Under the pieces are notes generated by a model. The model was not told the origin of the DNA and did no database searches. It saw only the letters and a program-made list of their open reading frames with translations. From the NCBI GenBank assembly GCA_965261595.1, contig CBDHDG010000006.1, forward strand, positions 1,728,001 to 1,792,000: 64,000 bases of DNA, given 5' to 3'. Positions 21,552-31,547 of the stretch are shown here, piece after piece. The DNA is from a bacterium. GTDB taxonomy: Bacteria > UBA8248 > JACPRG01 > G963555815. The first letter of the stretch is position 1. Each line of letters starts with the position of its first letter. The translations under genes and the position numbers were made by a program.

Positions 21552-22424
21552 ATGATCGAGTGCCGCTATTACGGACGCGACTTCACCACCGAAGAGATGA
21601 CGCTCCTGCGCGCGCTGATCGCCGGTCCTCCGGCGCTAAACCGCCACGCGCTCTCGAAGGAGTTCTGCCGGCGCATCGGCTGGCGCAAGCCCGACGGCGG
21701 GCTCAAGGACATGATGGCCAGGGTGACCATGCTGGCCATGCACAAAGACGGCCTGATCGCTCTGCCGCCGCCGAAGTGGCGGCAGAACCGGCCCGGGCTG
21801 ATCGTCTTCGGTCCGGAGACCGAACCACCGCCGGTCCCGGCGCCGGCCACCCTGGAGGAGGTCCGCCCGCTCGACATGCGGATCGTCGTGCGCGGCACCG
21901 CCGGGGGCAAACGGTGGAATGAGTTCGTCGCCCGTTACCACTATCTCGGCTACAGGACCCTCGTCGGCGCCCAGATGCGCTACGCCGTCCACGACCGCAA
22001 CGGTTGCCCCATCGCCATGCTCGGCTTCTCTACCGCCGCGTGGAAGCTGGCCTCTCGAGACCGCTTCATCGGTTGGACGCCCGGGCTGCGCGAAAAGAAC
22101 CTCCCCCTCGTGGTCGACAACCCGAGGTTCCTCATCCTGCCCTGGATCAAAATCTCCAACCTCGGTTCGCACATCCTCGCCATCGTCCGCCGTCGCCTGC
22201 CCCAGGACTGGGCCGAGCGCTACAACACCACCCCCGTGCTCATCGAAACCTTCGTCGAGACCCCCCGCTACACCGGCGCCGTCTACAGGGCATCGGGATG
22301 GACCCACGTCGGAACCACCCAGGGACGCGGACGCTACGACAGGTACACGAGACGCGCCCAACCGAAAAAGGATATCTGGCTCCGCCCCCTCAGAAAAAAT
22401 TGGAAACGAACCCTCAACAGCTAA
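21552..22424 (+). CDS. DUF4338 (DruA-like) protein
   Basis: HYLG, GAQMRY, RFLILPW, NLGSHIL, ETFVE, GAVYRASGW, GRGRYD; intact ORF. Confidence 0.8.
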   Translation: MIECRYYGRDFTTEEMTLLRALIAGPPALNRHALSKEFCRRIGWRKPDGGLKDMMARVTMLAMHKDGLIALPPPKWRQNRPGLIVFGPETEPPPVPAPATLEEVRPLDMRIVVRGTAGGKRWNEFVARYHYLGYRTLVGAQMRYAVHDRNGCPIAMLGFSTAAWKLASRDRFIGWTPGLREKNLPLVVDNPRFLILPWIKISNLGSHILAIVRRRLPQDWAERYNTTPVLIETFVETPRYTGAVYRASGWTHVGTTQGRGRYDRYTRRAQPKKDIWLRPLRKNWKRTLNS

Positions 22425-22653
22425 ATTAACCCCCCATCACGGCCCGTCCGAACGGTTACCTTGTCGGACCGTCCTCCAAAGTCGGGCTCGCAACCAGCTT
22501 GCTTGCCGTTATGCTCCGGCGCTGCGCAACGTTCATTCAAGAACCACCGATCCGTGCTCCATGACGGTGCTCGATTCGCGCCCGCGGCGCAGGTGACCAA
22601 AGACAGTTCTTGCATCCGTATACCCTGCCATCTCGTTTTTTGAATGCGGGTGG

Positions 22654-23457
22654 TTAGATGCGCGGCGGCATCGTCGCTCCGTCCAGACGGCGGTGGATCA
22701 GCGAAGCAAGCGACAGAAGGTCTTCCGCGTCGGCCTTGTCCATTTTCCAATGTACGCGGGGCTCATGCGCGGTCGGATTACGGAACATTCCGAAAGTGCC
22801 CTTTACCAAGTTCAAGAAACCCCGCTGCTCGCTCTTCTGACTTTCCGTCTGCAATGGATTGATTGCAAGCATGGGTGGATCACCCGAAAGAGCGCGATCT
22901 GCCAAGACCGATCCGTCATCAGTCAACCCAGTGCGACTACGGAGCTTGTCGGCAATGCTCTTAGTTGCTTCCAGCACTGCATGAAAATAGTTGTCCGCGA
23001 CAAACTCGGCCTTGCAGAATTTCAGCCCTTCGGGATGGATGCCGCGGATTTGCAGGTCCGCCCGAAGTTCACGCGCGCTACGCTCGGCCTCACTTAGTGT
23101 CGTGGCCTTTCCCGCGGCTACAAGCTTTCCTGTCTCAAGAACAGCCAACCCGGCAAACGCGAGCGCCCGGTTCAAATTTTGACGTAGCGGCTCGAATCGA
23201 TCCGGGGCTCGCAGATATCGGTCCGGCTTCAGGGAATGCCTTATAAATTCGAGGATCCTCCGCCTGTCCTGAGTCTTGTACTGGTGCGCCGCAAAAGCAT
23301 TGAACAGACGTTTCCACTTCGTCATTGCGGGATCCGTATCTTCAATTCCGCAAACACCAAGCAAGTGGCCGATCTCCGAGCCTGTAAGACCTTCGCTGGT
23401 ATCCCCGAGCGCTTGCGCGATTGCCTCCAATTGCCCTTGGGTAAAGGTTTTAATCAT
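22654..23457 (-). CDS. TIGR02391 family protein
   Basis: GLTGSEI, TKWKRL, YFHAVLEATK, SEQRG, FRNPTAH (Rx4H), LASLIHR. Confidence 0.8.
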   Translation of the reverse strand: MIKTFTQGQLEAIAQALGDTSEGLTGSEIGHLLGVCGIEDTDPAMTKWKRLFNAFAAHQYKTQDRRRILEFIRHSLKPDRYLRAPDRFEPLRQNLNRALAFAGLAVLETGKLVAAGKATTLSEAERSARELRADLQIRGIHPEGLKFCKAEFVADNYFHAVLEATKSIADKLRSRTGLTDDGSVLADRALSGDPPMLAINPLQTESQKSEQRGFLNLVKGTFGMFRNPTAHEPRVHWKMDKADAEDLLSLASLIHRRLDGATMPPRI

Positions 23458-23640
23458 TCAACATGGCCCAGCATTACATTGATGGTCGTCGACTTGATGT
23501 AGCGGGCTGGGTCTTCGCCGCCCGGTATGACAGCGAAATGCTTCTCACCGCTTTTTTGGCACTGCGTCAACATGAAAATTTCCTGTAATGATACATAATT
23601 GGTGCGCCTTGCCCGTTTAGATACATTAGGCTATTTCCAT

Positions 23641-23790
23641 CAGCCCTGAAATCCCGTTATCCCACGGATATCATCGGTGAAAATTCATTATTTCATGTTC
23701 CGCTCGGGATTCGCCTTCCGTGGTATTTAATCAAAACGAAAGCGGGCGAATTATAACTCCCAAGCATCTCAGCGCGTCCGCGTCAGACTG
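23641..23790. repeat. Diverged ~150-bp non-coding repeat, copy 2
   Basis: Shares CAGCC..ATCC..TTATCC, GCCTTC, TAATCAAAAYGAAAGCGG, AACTCC and GCATCTC with copy 1. Confidence 0.7.
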
Positions 23791-23828
23791 TTGTGTGACT
23801 TTCCTTCACAATCCAGCTTCCAACAGCC

Positions 23829-23850
23829 TGCCTGAGCACATGCTCAGGCA
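23829..23850 (-). terminator. Hairpin just downstream of the RM gene, possible terminator
   Basis: TGCCTGAGCA-CA-TGCTCAGGCA perfect 10-bp inverted repeat; no clear U tract. Confidence 0.4.
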
Positions 23851-23864
23851 CCCCATATTTGACC

Positions 23865-26800
23865 TTAATTCATCTCCTCCCGGGTAGACGTTGTTTCCCC
23901 TGTCTCAGTGAAGACGACTCGAGTTTTTTTGTTTGAGTGAATTTGTGGTTCTGCAGCCAACTTAGCGCGCAGCCTCTCTATGGGTCCACCTTGGACGCAT
24001 AGTTCAGGCGAAAGGCCGAGTACATCCACAATCAGCCTCCGATCGAGCTCGGCTCGTGCAGGGTCCTCATTGATTTGGTCAAACGGTAGAAATCGCTCTT
24101 CGGACATTTCTTCGAAGGCCAATCTTGCTGCCGTATGCTGATTAGCAGTTAATTCTCTTGAATCGAGCGTTGTGAACGTTGGGATACTAGTTACGGTAGA
24201 AGTGCCCCGACCAGCCTGTGATTTGTTGGACATCCACCAATGGCAAAGCAAACCGAATGTGGAGTTGCTCCAAATGGCAAATGTGAATTCGTGGACAGAA
24301 TTATTAAATAACACTGTCGGCCAAGCCCGTCCACCAATCGAGGTCTGCTCAGTCATCGCCACTATCAAGGACTGAGAGTTGAATTGCAGATCCAAATTGT
24401 AGTGCGCGCGCGCCGCAACGCTCCATCGATCGTGCGCTTTTGACACAAGCTCTTTGGGAACTGTGCCATTTATTTCTCGAATTTTACAATGCGAGTCAGG
24501 CTTGACGATGAGTTGTCGTTCGCGCTTTGCGTTGTGTTTCCACAGACATGGATAAGCGGCGCCTTGTGGAGCCCCTGGTAGGTGTTCGAATGGCCCTTGT
24601 GGGAGACCATCAGCTTTTATTTTAGCGCCAGCAATATCTAGATGGTGTGGGCCAACCCTTCGGATAACATCTGCCATTGGCGCGACCGAAATATCAACAA
24701 TGGCATCTGCGGACATCCCCTCGACCCACAAGCGACCGCTAGTCATTTGGTAAGCAGTTTGCCCCAGTGTGATGTCACGTATACCGACCATCTGCCACGC
24801 GCCTTCCGATGGCAGAGGACAGTCAAGAATTTCTCCCTGATAACTGTCACCAAGTTGAATTCTAGTTCCACCAAATGGACCGTCCTCTAAACGTCGCACA
24901 CTTCCCTTGTCCAATACCCTAGAAATTGCGTGGGCGAGCTGTTCGCCTTCCAGCGTATTTTGCGGCTGTACGTTAAGTACTACAAACATGGCGCGAATTT
25001 CGTCCGTATCGGTAGGTTGTTCTTTCCGCCCAACAAAAAGGCATTCAGCTATTCCGGTATCCGCTGAAAAAGATCTCGAATGCGAGCCCCGTCCGGCGAT
25101 AGACACGATAAGCGGGCAAGCATACTCGTTACGTAACAGCGTACGGATCCCCTCCCAAGACATACCGCTCATTGAAGATAGGGGGAGGACCAACGCGAGT
25201 GTTCCCGATGGAGTCGTCTTGCGATGCGCTAGGTCTACAAAATATGAGGCTAACCCTGCGTGTCCATGACCATGACTACCAACACTTAGGTGACGCAAAT
25301 GCTTCGACAACTGGTCTTGTTCTTGCTCGCTTGCACCGAACGCCGCAAACGCCGGATTGTGTACTTCAGTACGGTCACCTTCGCGAGCTCCATGTCTAGT
25401 AAACGGCGGATTCATAATGACCAAGCCAAATTGCTCGTGCCCAACTTGTTGAACCAGATTTTGTATTTCCTTTGCTCCACGTCCTCCCGCGGATTCCGCC
25501 GCAGCCTGGATGATTTCGAACGAAGTTTGCTCTGACAAAAGGTCAAGTGATCCCAAGCAGACGCCCCACGGATACGACCCATAAGGCATTGTTAGAAGGC
25601 ACTCGCCTTCGAATGGCGTATCCGGATGGGATCCTGCAAGCATCGCGGCGGTAAGGTGCACCGCCACTGTCAACACGTCCAATCCGACCAAGCCGCGTTC
25701 CATCATTATTGGGTGAAGCGCCTTAGGATCACCGCCATGAATTTCGTGTAGAAGTCCGATTCGTTGATAGGCCGTCGACAACAAAGTACCAGTGCCACAC
25801 GCAAAATCACCAATACGAATAGTTGAAAGTGCCGCAGCATCAGCCCAATCATTGCCCACAATGGGGGCTTGAATCGGCATTGCAAGACCTGCGAGTAATG
25901 CCGCTCCCGACGGACGTGTATAATAGGTGGCCAAGAACTTTCGGTCGGCAATTAATCGTTGAAAAACTACACCGGTCAAATCATGAGACTTGGTCACCCC
26001 GCCAACAATGAGTTCTTCTGCTGTCTCCCACAAAATATCAAGAATTGATGCTGCAAGTTGTGTTGGCAAAATTCGGACTATCTCCCCAGCTGCGTGAAAG
26101 ATCGGCCAGTAGTTCACTTCTAAGATTAGATCCCACTCATCCGTTAACTGCGTTGGTCGAAAGGTTCCTCTTGACCGAAACTCGGCAGGCGATTTCACGG
26201 TCCTCAATGGACATGTGGGGACTTCCATTTCCGCTTTTGCCAATGCCGCGTGGAAAACGAGTGCATCTACAACGATCGTCATAGCCATGCGCCGCGTCTG
26301 TCCTTCCTCGTCGTCAGATTGTCGAAGAAGTTCGGCTACTCGTTTTCCGAGCGTCGACCCATGCTCGTGCGTTGCAGACAAAGTGCCGTTTGCTTTAATA
26401 ACGCCCCCCTCCAGTGCGCTGGCAAGCGCATCAACCCGCCAAGCGGCAATACTTGAACGGTAAAGTAGAACGATTAACTCGGAAACTTCGCTGGATATCC
26501 AACCGGCTTCAGGGAACCGTGATGTCGACCCGTCAGCCTCTTCGGTAAAAAGTACGTAATCAAGTGAACACACCCTCAACGCGTCACGCAAAGCGGCTCC
26601 TTGATAGCGCCGTAGCTCCTCAGGATAGACCAATGCCACTGCCGCATGGATCGTTGAGCCGGTAGAAACCAACCGATTTCCAAGCCTCGATTGGGCTTCG
26701 GTCTCAGCCTGTCTATGGTTGCCTACTTCTGCTTCCAGAACGATTGGCCAACCACCAGGTTTCTCGACCAATATGTCCGGTTGTCCTCCCTCCTCAAATA

Positions 26801-26903
26801 TCCTTCCGACCTGTTCGGCACGTACACGCCATCCTCGTCCGAAGTCTTGGAGTACCTCGCCGAGTGAAGTATTGATAGTTTGCTCATGGGTTTGTGTCGG
26901 CAT
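23865..26903 (-). CDS. Fused restriction-modification protein (type IIG-like): N-terminal nuclease-like domain, N6-adenine MTase, TRD
   Basis: 1012 aa; YYT, DFACGTG (motif I), MNPPF (motif IV), LVLP; N-terminal PDIL..LEAE. Confidence 0.75.
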   Translation of the reverse strand: MPTQTHEQTINTSLGEVLQDFGRGWRVRAEQVGRIFEEGGQPDILVEKPGGWPIVLEAEVGNHRQAETEAQSRLGNRLVSTGSTIHAAVALVYPEELRRYQGAALRDALRVCSLDYVLFTEEADGSTSRFPEAGWISSEVSELIVLLYRSSIAAWRVDALASALEGGVIKANGTLSATHEHGSTLGKRVAELLRQSDDEEGQTRRMAMTIVVDALVFHAALAKAEMEVPTCPLRTVKSPAEFRSRGTFRPTQLTDEWDLILEVNYWPIFHAAGEIVRILPTQLAASILDILWETAEELIVGGVTKSHDLTGVVFQRLIADRKFLATYYTRPSGAALLAGLAMPIQAPIVGNDWADAAALSTIRIGDFACGTGTLLSTAYQRIGLLHEIHGGDPKALHPIMMERGLVGLDVLTVAVHLTAAMLAGSHPDTPFEGECLLTMPYGSYPWGVCLGSLDLLSEQTSFEIIQAAAESAGGRGAKEIQNLVQQVGHEQFGLVIMNPPFTRHGAREGDRTEVHNPAFAAFGASEQEQDQLSKHLRHLSVGSHGHGHAGLASYFVDLAHRKTTPSGTLALVLPLSSMSGMSWEGIRTLLRNEYACPLIVSIAGRGSHSRSFSADTGIAECLFVGRKEQPTDTDEIRAMFVVLNVQPQNTLEGEQLAHAISRVLDKGSVRRLEDGPFGGTRIQLGDSYQGEILDCPLPSEGAWQMVGIRDITLGQTAYQMTSGRLWVEGMSADAIVDISVAPMADVIRRVGPHHLDIAGAKIKADGLPQGPFEHLPGAPQGAAYPCLWKHNAKRERQLIVKPDSHCKIREINGTVPKELVSKAHDRWSVAARAHYNLDLQFNSQSLIVAMTEQTSIGGRAWPTVLFNNSVHEFTFAIWSNSTFGLLCHWWMSNKSQAGRGTSTVTSIPTFTTLDSRELTANQHTAARLAFEEMSEERFLPFDQINEDPARAELDRRLIVDVLGLSPELCVQGGPIERLRAKLAAEPQIHSNKKTRVVFTETGETTSTREEMN

Positions 26904-26969
26904 ATCCTGTTTGCTCCTGCGGAGAGCGTTTTAGTCCAAGAAAGCTAGCAAAAAGCAAATTGTTCCTTC

Positions 26970-28234
26970 TGACCTGCCCCCTAAAGTTGTACCACTTTTT
27001 GAGTTAGTCTCTGCTCCCCGATGTCCAAAAGTTCAGGGATGCCTGGAGGCAGTGGTTCGATGGCCTCCGGCGCCGGAGGCCGGTACCCCAAGGCACTATG
27101 GGGCCTTACCCGGTTGTAGAGCTGTCGCCATCTCTCCACCAACACCTTGACCTCTGTCAGGGTGTAGAAGATCTCCCCGTTGAGCAGCTCATCGCGCAGT
27201 TTGTCGATGAAGGACTCCACATAGCCGTTCTCCCATGGACTGCCCCGCTCGATATAAAGCGTTCTCACCCCAAGACGGGTGAGCCACCCTCCAACCGCAT
27301 TCGCCGTGAACTCCGCCCCGTTGTCTGAGCGGATATAGGTCGGCAGGCCACGCCGGACGAACAACTCGGTGAGGCGGTCCAGGACGTCCTCAGAGTCTTC
27401 TCTCTACATCGAGGGCCAGACACTCCCGAGTAAACTCATCCATCACAGCCAGCATCCGTAAAGGCCGCCCATCGTGCGTCCTCGCAGCCAGGAAGTCGTA
27501 GGACCTCACATGATTCTGATAAGACGGACGCTTGCGAACACAAGAGCCGTCGTTCAGCCATAAACGCCCTCGCTTGGGCTGTCTCTTCGGCACCTTCAGA
27601 CCTTCCTGGCGCCAGATCCGTTCCACCCGCTTGTGATTCACTCGCCAGCCTTCCCTTTGCAACAGAGCCGTTATCCTCCGGTAGCCGTACCGTCCGTACT
27701 CGCTCGCCAGCTCCGTCACCCGCGCCACCAAACGGGGCTCATCGTCCCGGACCTGGGCAGAGCGCCTCTGAGTCGAGCGGGCCTGCCCCAGCACCCGACA
27801 TACACGGCGCTCTGAGACCTCTCGCCGCCCCTGAACGGATTCCACCGCCCGTCGCCGCCTCGACGGGCTCAGAAGTTTCCCGAGGCCGCCTCCTTCAGGA
27901 TGGCGTTATCCAGGGCCTGCTCGGCCACCAGCTTCTTCAACCGGGCGTTCTCCTTCTCCAACTCCTTCAGCCGCTTGGCTTGGTTCACACGAAGACCGCC
28001 GTATTCCCGGCGCCACCGGTAATAGGTCTGCTCGGAGATCCCCAGCGTCTTGCAGACCTGAGCCATCCTCTGCCCATTGGCCAACTCCACCTCGGCCTGG
28101 CGAAGCTTGTGGATGATCTGCTCGGGTGTGAAACGCTTCCGACTCATCACTGCCCCCTTTCTAGGTCAATCCAGTCCGAAAGCCGTGCGAAAATTCTAAC
28201 TCTCAAACTGGACCGGTTTCAGGGGGTCAGGTCA
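26970..28234 (-). mobile_element. IS3-family element (IS407-like); orfA 27869-28147, orfB 26981-27872 broken near 27390
   Basis: IRs TGACCTGCCCCC/TGACCTGACCCC; GGGAAAC at the orfA/B junction; YGYRR, SDNG, PWENGYVESF; no TSD. Confidence 0.9.
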
Positions 28235-28758
28235 GTCCGATTACAAAGCACACGGGCGTCGGCTCAGTACATTCTTCAATCCCACTGGCGATGCCGTCGT
28301 ATTGTTAGGCGAACCCGCAGGTCGGGCTTTAACCTTACGTGACCTAGAAGCTCAATATCTCGGTCTTGTCTTGCGAACTGAAAGGCTTGCCGATCATCTT
28401 GGGAAGCTCGCTGAGACAATCGCCTATACCGGGGCTTGCCGTGCTATTACAAACCGGATTCCACAGTCTCATGTGTCCATACTAGCTGGTCTTGCCGCCA
28501 CTGGGGTAAGCAACGCCGCAGACGGAATGGAGGCAGTCATCTTGGTTTGGACGCTTTCCTCAAACAAAGAAGTCGTCTTGGATACTGTTCCGGCAGAACA
28601 AGTATCGCGCTATCGGGCACATGAATGGCAGATTATATTCGATGAGGGACTTGTCAAACGCATTCGTGCGATGCGTGATGCGCGACTGCCATTTGAGACC
28701 GGCGGCATCATCTTTGGCCTTGTGGATATCCCGGCTAAGTCCATCCATTTAGTCGATG
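28235..28758 (+). pseudogene. Internal fragment of an E1(ThiF)-JAB fusion protein, truncated by IS on both sides
   Basis: DLEAQY..GACR..RI followed by JAB start IRAMRDARLPFETGGIIFGLVD. Confidence 0.6.
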
Positions 28759-30162
28759 TCCCCCGCTCTAGGGTTTTGTTGGACACTCGATTGATCCATG
28801 ATTCATGGAGAAAGGGGTGTCGCGATGAACGAACAAAAGCAAGAGGGGGCTTTGGCGGAGGGCGCCCGCAGGGCGAACGGAGCCAAGGCCCCAGGGCATC
28901 GCAGTGAGCGGGGTCGGTTCTCCTGCCAGCGCAAGCGGGAGGCGGTCCTGCGTCTTTTGCGGGGCGAGAGCCTGGAGACGCTCTGCCGCGAGTTGGGCAC
29001 GACAGCGGCTCGGCTTTCCGCCTGGCGCGAGGCGTTCCTTCGCGCGGGCGAGGCGGCGCTCAAAGCCCGCCCGGCGGATGAGCGGGACGAGGAGAACGCC
29101 CGGCTCAAGGCCAAGGTGGGCGAACTCACGATGGAGGGCGAGGTCCTGCGGGAGAAGATCGACCGCCTGGAGGCCGGCCGCCCTTTAGCCGGCAGGAGGT
29201 GGAGGCGATGAGTCAGGCCCGCTTCACCTCCACGGGCAGAGCCTACGGCCTGAAGCGGGTGTGCGCCCTTTGGGGCTTGGCGCGCTCCACGGTCTACGCG
29301 CAACGGCGGCGAGAGGCGGTCCCCGTTCATGAACGCCCCACGCCCAATAAGCGCGGCCCTGTGGGCCCGTGCACCGATGCGGAACTCCTCGGCCACATCC
29401 GGCAGGTCCTGGAGGACTCTCCCTTCCATGGCGAGGGCTACCGCAAGGTGTGGGCGAGGCTGCGCTTCGCGGGCATCCGCACCAGCAAGGAGCGGGTGCG
29501 TCGCCTGATGCGGGAGGCGGGGCTTCAGGCCCCCCACCGGGTGGGCAAACCCCGAGGTCCCAAGGCCCACAACGGGACCATCCGCACCGAGCGGCCCGAC
29601 CGAATGTGGGGCACGGACATGACGACGACGGTGACCACCGAGGAGGGGATGGCCTCGGTGTTCGTGGCGGTGGATCACTGCTCGGTGGACTGCGTGGGGA
29701 TCCATGCGGCCAAGAGCGGCAACCGCTTCGAGGCCCTGGAGCCGATCCGGCAGGGGGTCGCCGAGCGCTTCGCCGGCTTGGAGGCGGACGTCGCCGAGGG
29801 GCTTAAAGTTCGTCACGACCACGGCCCCGCCTATCTGTCCGATGACTTTCAGCGGGAGATCGCCTACCTGGGCATGACCAGTTCGCCCAGCTTCGTGCGG
29901 GCGCCCGAGGGAAATGGCTACTGTGAGTGGTTCATCCGCACCTTGAAGGAGAATCTCCTGTGGGTGCGCTCTTTCGCCACCGTAGAGGAACTGCGGTGGG
30001 CGCTGCTTGAGTTCAAGAACCTGTATAACCATCATTGGATTCTCGAGGGCTACGGCTACCGAACGCCGGCCCAGGCAAGGCAGGAAAAACTCGCTCAAGT
30101 TGCGGAGGCCGCATGAGGGCGAATACCCTCACCCGAGTGTCCAATAACCCAGGGGCGGTCCA
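28759..30162 (+). mobile_element. IS3-family element copy 2 (1404 bp), near-identical inverted copy of 15531-16934
   Basis: OrfA 28825-29211, OrfB 29208-30116; flanks GATG/GGTG do not match, so no TSD. Confidence 0.93.
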
Positions 30163-30547
30163 GGTGGAAAAACTGGAAAAGTTAAAAACAGCCGTAGAAA
30201 GTGTGCAAGATTAGTTCAAGAAACCCGAAAATTACGATTTCGGATCCTTGGAATCTTTAGTAACTAAGATCGTGTGTCCAGCATTATGGGATGTGTTGAA
30301 TGATTTGCGTCTCCATAATAAGGTCGACGAATCTAAAAATGGGAAAGATAATCTGGTCATCCACTACACGAGCATCGCTGCCCTCGTGTCCATGCTTAAA
30401 GATGCCGCCGCCAAGAAGGAGCAGGGGCTCAACAAGAAGGAGAGGGAAAACAAAGGACTCGAATCAGAACCGATGTCAAACGACGACAAATCTTTCTTGC
30501 GGTTATACGATTCAGTGCATCTCAACGATCCCGATGAAGGCAATTAT
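30163..30547 (+). pseudogene. DUF2971 protein, N-terminal part (5' end lost)
   Basis: LVIHYTS..LRLYDSVHLNDPDEG. Confidence 0.7.
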
Positions 30548-30871
30548 CGCGGGAATTCCCGCTGAGGTGGTTGTAGAGGCGGTGGCGAGTCTGGGGTTGG
30601 GCATCCAACTGCCATTCGAGACCTACGAATAGGCGTTTCTGAGCGAACTGTGGGCGCATCGCGTGCAGCGGGATGAGGGCGAGACCTCCTCGGCAGTTCG
30701 TAGGGTCGGCGAAATCGGCAGTCAGGATGCTCAGGCGCTTCGCATCGAAGGCGAAATAGAGCACCGGGCATCGGTCAGGATTCCGGCCTGCGAGTGGGTG
30801 TTGATCGGCTCGGGGGGCTGGAGGCTCACAACGGCTCTGTTTCCTGTCGGCCCGCAGTCCGACCATCGCCT

Positions 30872-31492
30872 TCACAACCGCCCGATCCTCGGCCCCCGAC
30901 TCCGCCCCACCCGAGGGCCCGGCAGGCCCGCTACGTTCCAGAAGTCGAGCATCCGCCCGACCGTCTGCGGCATTCGCAGACCGAAGCTGTGACGAACCTC
31001 GATCCCGCCGTGCTCGGGGAACGGCGCGGAGCCCCGGACCCGGATCTGCACGACCGCGCCGGCGCATTCGATCTTGAGCACCAGCCCGCCTTCGGCCAGG
31101 CGCAGCCCCTCGACCGTGCCCCCGCCGGCCGCGACCAGCGCAGCCAGGGGTTCCGCGTCCGGCTCGAGCACGGCTTCCACCATCCCGGACTGAACCCAGA
31201 AGGCCGAGGCCGGGCCGTCTTCAGCCCAGGGGTTCTGCCAGGCCAGCAGCTCGAACCGGGCGGCCTCCAGGTCCCCCGCCGTCTGGATGCGGATCGGGAA
31301 GGGACCGGGCTCGAACACCGGCTCCGGGGCGGGCAGGACGGCATGTCTCCGCCACGCCGCCTCATAGGCTTCGACATGCCGGAAAAACAGCCACGCACGG
31401 ATCCCGTCAGCGGTCTCCTTCGCGGCCCGTTTCCGTCTCCCTCGCGTCACTGCCCGGCCCCGGTTTCGCACTGCGCGGCCCGGGTCCGGCAC
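30872..31492 (-). CDS. DUF6499/FseA-like ICE transcriptional activator, N-terminal part (probably truncated)
   Basis: AWLFFRHVEAYEAAW resembles the DUF6499 AWEFLRRN..Y..W motif. Confidence 0.45.
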   Translation of the reverse strand: MPDPGRAVRNRGRAVTRGRRKRAAKETADGIRAWLFFRHVEAYEAAWRRHAVLPAPEPVFEPGPFPIRIQTAGDLEAARFELLAWQNPWAEDGPASAFWVQSGMVEAVLEPDAEPLAALVAAGGGTVEGLRLAEGGLVLKIECAGAVVQIRVRGSAPFPEHGGIEVRHSFGLRMPQTVGRMLDFWNVAGLPGPRVGRSRGPRIGRL

Positions 31493-31547
31493 AGCTGCCG
31501 GACATCACCGGTGCCGCAGGCCGACATCATTCAACGTCGCCCCGAAT

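Larger units (their letters stand above)
19716..22459 (+). mobile_element. IS66-family element with decayed transposase and DUF4338 passenger
   Basis: Perfect 27-bp TIR GTAACCGTTCGGACGGGCCGTGATGGG; near-duplicated flanks CCTGTCG/CTTGTCG. Confidence 0.88.

Noticed and set aside
21552..22424. Druantia system
   Set aside because: Only a DUF4338 gene is present; no DruE helicase or other partners
23794..23810. CRP-like site TGTGA-N7-TCACA
   Set aside because: Spacer is 7 rather than 6, and no evident regulated promoter
16935..28758. Inversion or composite transposon between the two inverted IS3 copies
   Set aside because: Copy 1 keeps its own TSD and both halves of its target gene, so it inserted alone and no inversion has occurred
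30548..30654. Possible IS 3' remnant ending GCGAACTGTGGG
   Set aside because: Too short to assign a family; noted only as the junction of the DUF2971 insertion
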